Of a stretch of DNA of 64,000 bases, positions 61,612-64,000 are shown one piece after another. The position numbers and the translations under genes were made by a program. The first letter of the stretch is position 1, and each line of letters opens with the position of its first letter. The DNA lies in the IMG/VR virus record IMGVR_UViG_3300008111_002316. One strand, given 5' to 3'. Source of the DNA: an uncultured virus (IMG/VR IMGVR_UViG_3300008111_002316). Taxonomy: Duplodnaviria > Heunggongvirae > Uroviricota > Caudoviricetes. Below the pieces are notes generated by a model. It was not told the origin of the DNA, made no database searches, and saw only the letters and a list, made by a program, of their open reading frames with translations.

Positions 61612-61803
61612 ATGAAGGAATATACAGGGAGTTTAAACCTCACAATTGAGGTCACGGTTAAGGCAAAAAACAGAAAAGAAGCGTCGTCAATGTTTGACGA
61701 TTTATACACTCAAATCAGCATAGAAAATGACGGGAACCAATTGATAGAGATAGTTAGCGATAATCTGGGATTACTCGAAAATAGTTGGGATATAGAAGAT
61801 TAA
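61612..61803 (+). CDS. Small acidic early protein (family C)
   Basis: KEYT..L.L...WDIED. Confidence 0.65.
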   Translation: MKEYTGSLNLTIEVTVKAKNRKEASSMFDDLYTQISIENDGNQLIEIVSDNLGLLENSWDIED

Positions 61804-61953
61804 GTAGGAGTTATCAGTTATCAGTAAAAAAAGCCAAAAAGTCAAGAGTATATGTGACAGTTTATAAATTGTCACAACCTACCAAAAAACCCCTTGACAA
61901 TCCAAGAGATAAATGACATAATAGGTACATAAGCAAAAAAACGGGAGTACATC

Positions 61954-62535
61954 ATGAACTATCAACCGCAATATCTTAAAAAATGGACAGAAGCACCAAA
62001 TTATTTAGGGATGGATTTAACGGACTTCTATGTAGTAGCGGCTGAATCAGAGCAGAGTGATTCAGTAGATATGAGTAATTATCGAGTATGGCATCGATTA
62101 TTTCCAGACTTAGAAGAGTTTAGTTTTGGGGGTTGCATGGAATTTAAAGCTTTAATGATTCATAAAGATTCTTTGCTATTAGAAGCAATAGATGAGAAAA
62201 AGAAAAGCTTGGAAGACTACTCAATACTAGATGAACAAGACTTGTCTGACTTAGAATATGAGCAGTGGTATGAGTATTGGTCAAATTGGGGATATATTGA
62301 GTGTTTTAAGGAATTGTTAATAGCAATACCTGAGTTAAAAGATGATGAACGAGTAACGAGTCTGGATAATAAGTGTGTATTAACCAGTGATGAGTTAGGT
62401 GAGTTAATTGAGGATTTTGCTAACGATTTTGCGAATCTAGACGATTTTAGTATTAGTTTTAATTTTAGCGAGTCTGAGAAGGAATTGCTACTGAAAAGAC
62501 TAGAGGACATTTTAAGCCGAACTGAGGAAAACTAA
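61954..62535 (+). CDS. Acidic early hypothetical protein
   Basis: Has its own promoter, and a terminator at 62544-62571. Confidence 0.7.
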   Translation: MNYQPQYLKKWTEAPNYLGMDLTDFYVVAAESEQSDSVDMSNYRVWHRLFPDLEEFSFGGCMEFKALMIHKDSLLLEAIDEKKKSLEDYSILDEQDLSDLEYEQWYEYWSNWGYIECFKELLIAIPELKDDERVTSLDNKCVLTSDELGELIEDFANDFANLDDFSISFNFSESEKELLLKRLEDILSRTEEN

Positions 62536-62810
62536 CATAAACAAAAGGGTGAGTTAATGTACTCACCTTTTCTTGTCTATACCAAACAAGGCAGAAATAT
62601 GTAGGAGTTGTGTAATAAAGAATGAATAATGCAGGTATGTGTATCAGGTTTGTATATAAGCAAAACTAATAACAAAGATAAGAAAAAATTATATAAGGTA
62701 AAGTTATAGCAAGGGCGGATAGGGATAAGAAAATAAAATACGAAAAGTATTGACACAGGACTGAAAAGATAGCATAATGGGTACATAAGCAAACAAAGAG
62801 GAAAAAGACA

Positions 62811-63242
62811 ATGTATAGCACAAAATGGACAGAAATACACTATCTGGGAAAACGAAAAAAAGACGGAAAACTAATATATATAGCCGCCCCGACATGGGAT
62901 TGTGATTGGTACTGGTCTTTCGGGTATTTAAGGGCAAAAGGGGAACATTACCACTTGAGCAACTATGGGAATATCAACTGGCAAGAGGCTCTAGAAAGAG
63001 ACTACACTTTAAACGTAAAATTGAGAGGGGATAACCTATGGAAGTTTTACGAACTAGCGAAAACAGCTTATGGATTAAAGGAAGTAGCGGAAATATTAGG
63101 TAGAGGTGGTTCTCATGTAACGGTAAACCCGTTAGCAGAGGTAATCAAAAATAAAGCAGAGGTTGACAGAATCAATCAGATAGTATTACCTCAAATATTT
63201 GATGCAATAAATGAGATGTTCGAGGTAAGAAAAACACCTTGA
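62811..63242 (+). CDS. Early hypothetical protein
   Basis: Has its own promoter; APTWDCDWYWSFGY. Confidence 0.7.
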   Translation: MYSTKWTEIHYLGKRKKDGKLIYIAAPTWDCDWYWSFGYLRAKGEHYHLSNYGNINWQEALERDYTLNVKLRGDNLWKFYELAKTAYGLKEVAEILGRGGSHVTVNPLAEVIKNKAEVDRINQIVLPQIFDAINEMFEVRKTP

Positions 63243-63247
63243 CAAAG

Positions 63248-63281
63248 AAATAGGGTAGCCTAAAAAAAGTTACCCTATTTT
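63248..63281. terminator. Terminator between the early region and nrdB
   Basis: AAATAGGGTAGC...GTTACCCTATTTT hairpin. Confidence 0.65.
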
Positions 63282-63294
63282 TAGATGTAAATTG

Positions 63295-63999
63295 TTAGTT
63301 AGCTACCTTACCATATTTAGGTAAATGACTACGATGTGTTTCAAAGAAACCGGGCAAAACAGCGAAGGAGGTATCTTTAAACTTAGCGTAAGAACCTTGA
63401 TGAAGTAATTGAAAAGACTGGTCAATATAATTTTTAGATTGACCGTATTTACCTTCAATCCCAGAATCATCAAGGTCTGAAACAAGCCACTCGATGGTTT
63501 CCTGTCTAAGGTCATCCAAGTCAGGGGGAATAGAAAGTCCTAACATTTTAGCGATAGTGCCGTTAGTTCTAGCGTGAATTGTCTCGTCCCTGCTAATCTC
63601 TGCGGAAACCATAGCTAACTGAGTACCACCTAAACGGCGGTATAAAGTTAAGACCGGAAAAAAGATAGATTGTTCGGCGACCCAAGTAACTAAAACGGGG
63701 TGATATTTCTCTCCCATTTTTAACCATTTAGAGACTAAAGAACGAGATTCAGACTCAATTTGTAGTTTATCAGTAAGATTAGCTAAAGAGATATTTGAAT
63801 AGGCATAATTTAACTGAGAGTCATGTTTTTTTTCGTCTTTAAAATTAGAGGCTAATAATAAAATACCGTAATCAGATAACCATTTTCTCTCTCGACTAGC
63901 ACACTCTTTAATCCATTGACCAACGGGTAACTCTAAGTGTCGAGCCTCTAATGCTTTTTGGATAGTTTTTTCCGCACCCCGAACACAGTGACCGTTTTG
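63295..63999 (-). CDS. nrdB: Ribonucleotide reductase beta subunit, cyanophage type (5' end beyond the window)
   Basis: Frame is open to the window edge: RHLELPVG, DEKKHD, EQSIFF, DETIH di-metal motifs. Confidence 0.75.
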   Translation of the reverse strand, partial: QNGHCVRGAEKTIQKALEARHLELPVGQWIKECASRERKWLSDYGILLLASNFKDEKKHDSQLNYAYSNISLANLTDKLQIESESRSLVSKWLKMGEKYHPVLVTWVAEQSIFFPVLTLYRRLGGTQLAMVSAEISRDETIHARTNGTIAKMLGLSIPPDLDDLRQETIEWLVSDLDDSGIEGKYGQSKNYIDQSFQLLHQGSYAKFKDTSFAVLPGFFETHRSHLPKYGKVAN

Positions 64000-64000
64000 A

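Larger units (their letters stand above)
2230..64000. mobile_element. Mic1-like Microcystis siphophage genome/prophage (left boundary approximate; continues past the right edge)
   Basis: Portal, TerL, capsid, cement, tape-measure and tail genes are present. The DNA is more AT-rich than 1-2200. The phage promoter motif still occurs at 2269. Confidence 0.85.

Noticed and set aside
1..64000. tRNA/rRNA genes and an integrase
   Set aside because: None recognised by eye. A tRNAscan run would be needed to exclude tRNAs formally.

Overview
The first ~2.2 kb look like Microcystis-type chromosomal DNA: a MITE-like repeat, a sigma-factor fragment and a frameshifted vanadium haloperoxidase/PAP2 gene. 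The remaining ~62 kb are a long-tailed siphophage genome or prophage. From memory, its 99-aa capsid cement protein resembles that of Microcystis phage Mic1. It encodes replication and repair genes (SF3 helicase, FEN-like nuclease, RNA ligase), an endolysin, portal, a terminase with two inteins, tail, tape-measure and capsid modules, nucleotide and auxiliary metabolic genes (mazG, phoH, thyX, nrdB), a phage sigma-like factor, a TnpB element and an early region of small genes. Several lesions suggest decay or read errors: an antirepressor nonsense codon, a tail-tip frameshift, an apparent terminase deletion and a truncated phoH. The most unusual non-coding signals are: (1) two large inverted-repeat elements sharing a 41-bp core, one at an apparent strand-skew switch (candidate twin origins or flip-flop elements); (2) a TnpB element plus two gene-less copies of its ends sitting upstream of virion genes; (3) a CGC(C/T)CA motif in front of about 15 minus-strand genes, mostly late genes; (4) a putative LHH-nuclease toxin/immunity pair behind the portal; (5) a modular early region with repeated promoter/operator cassettes, TTATCAG linkers, and Fur- and CRP-like boxes. 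All protein calls come from motif recognition only; no searches were run.
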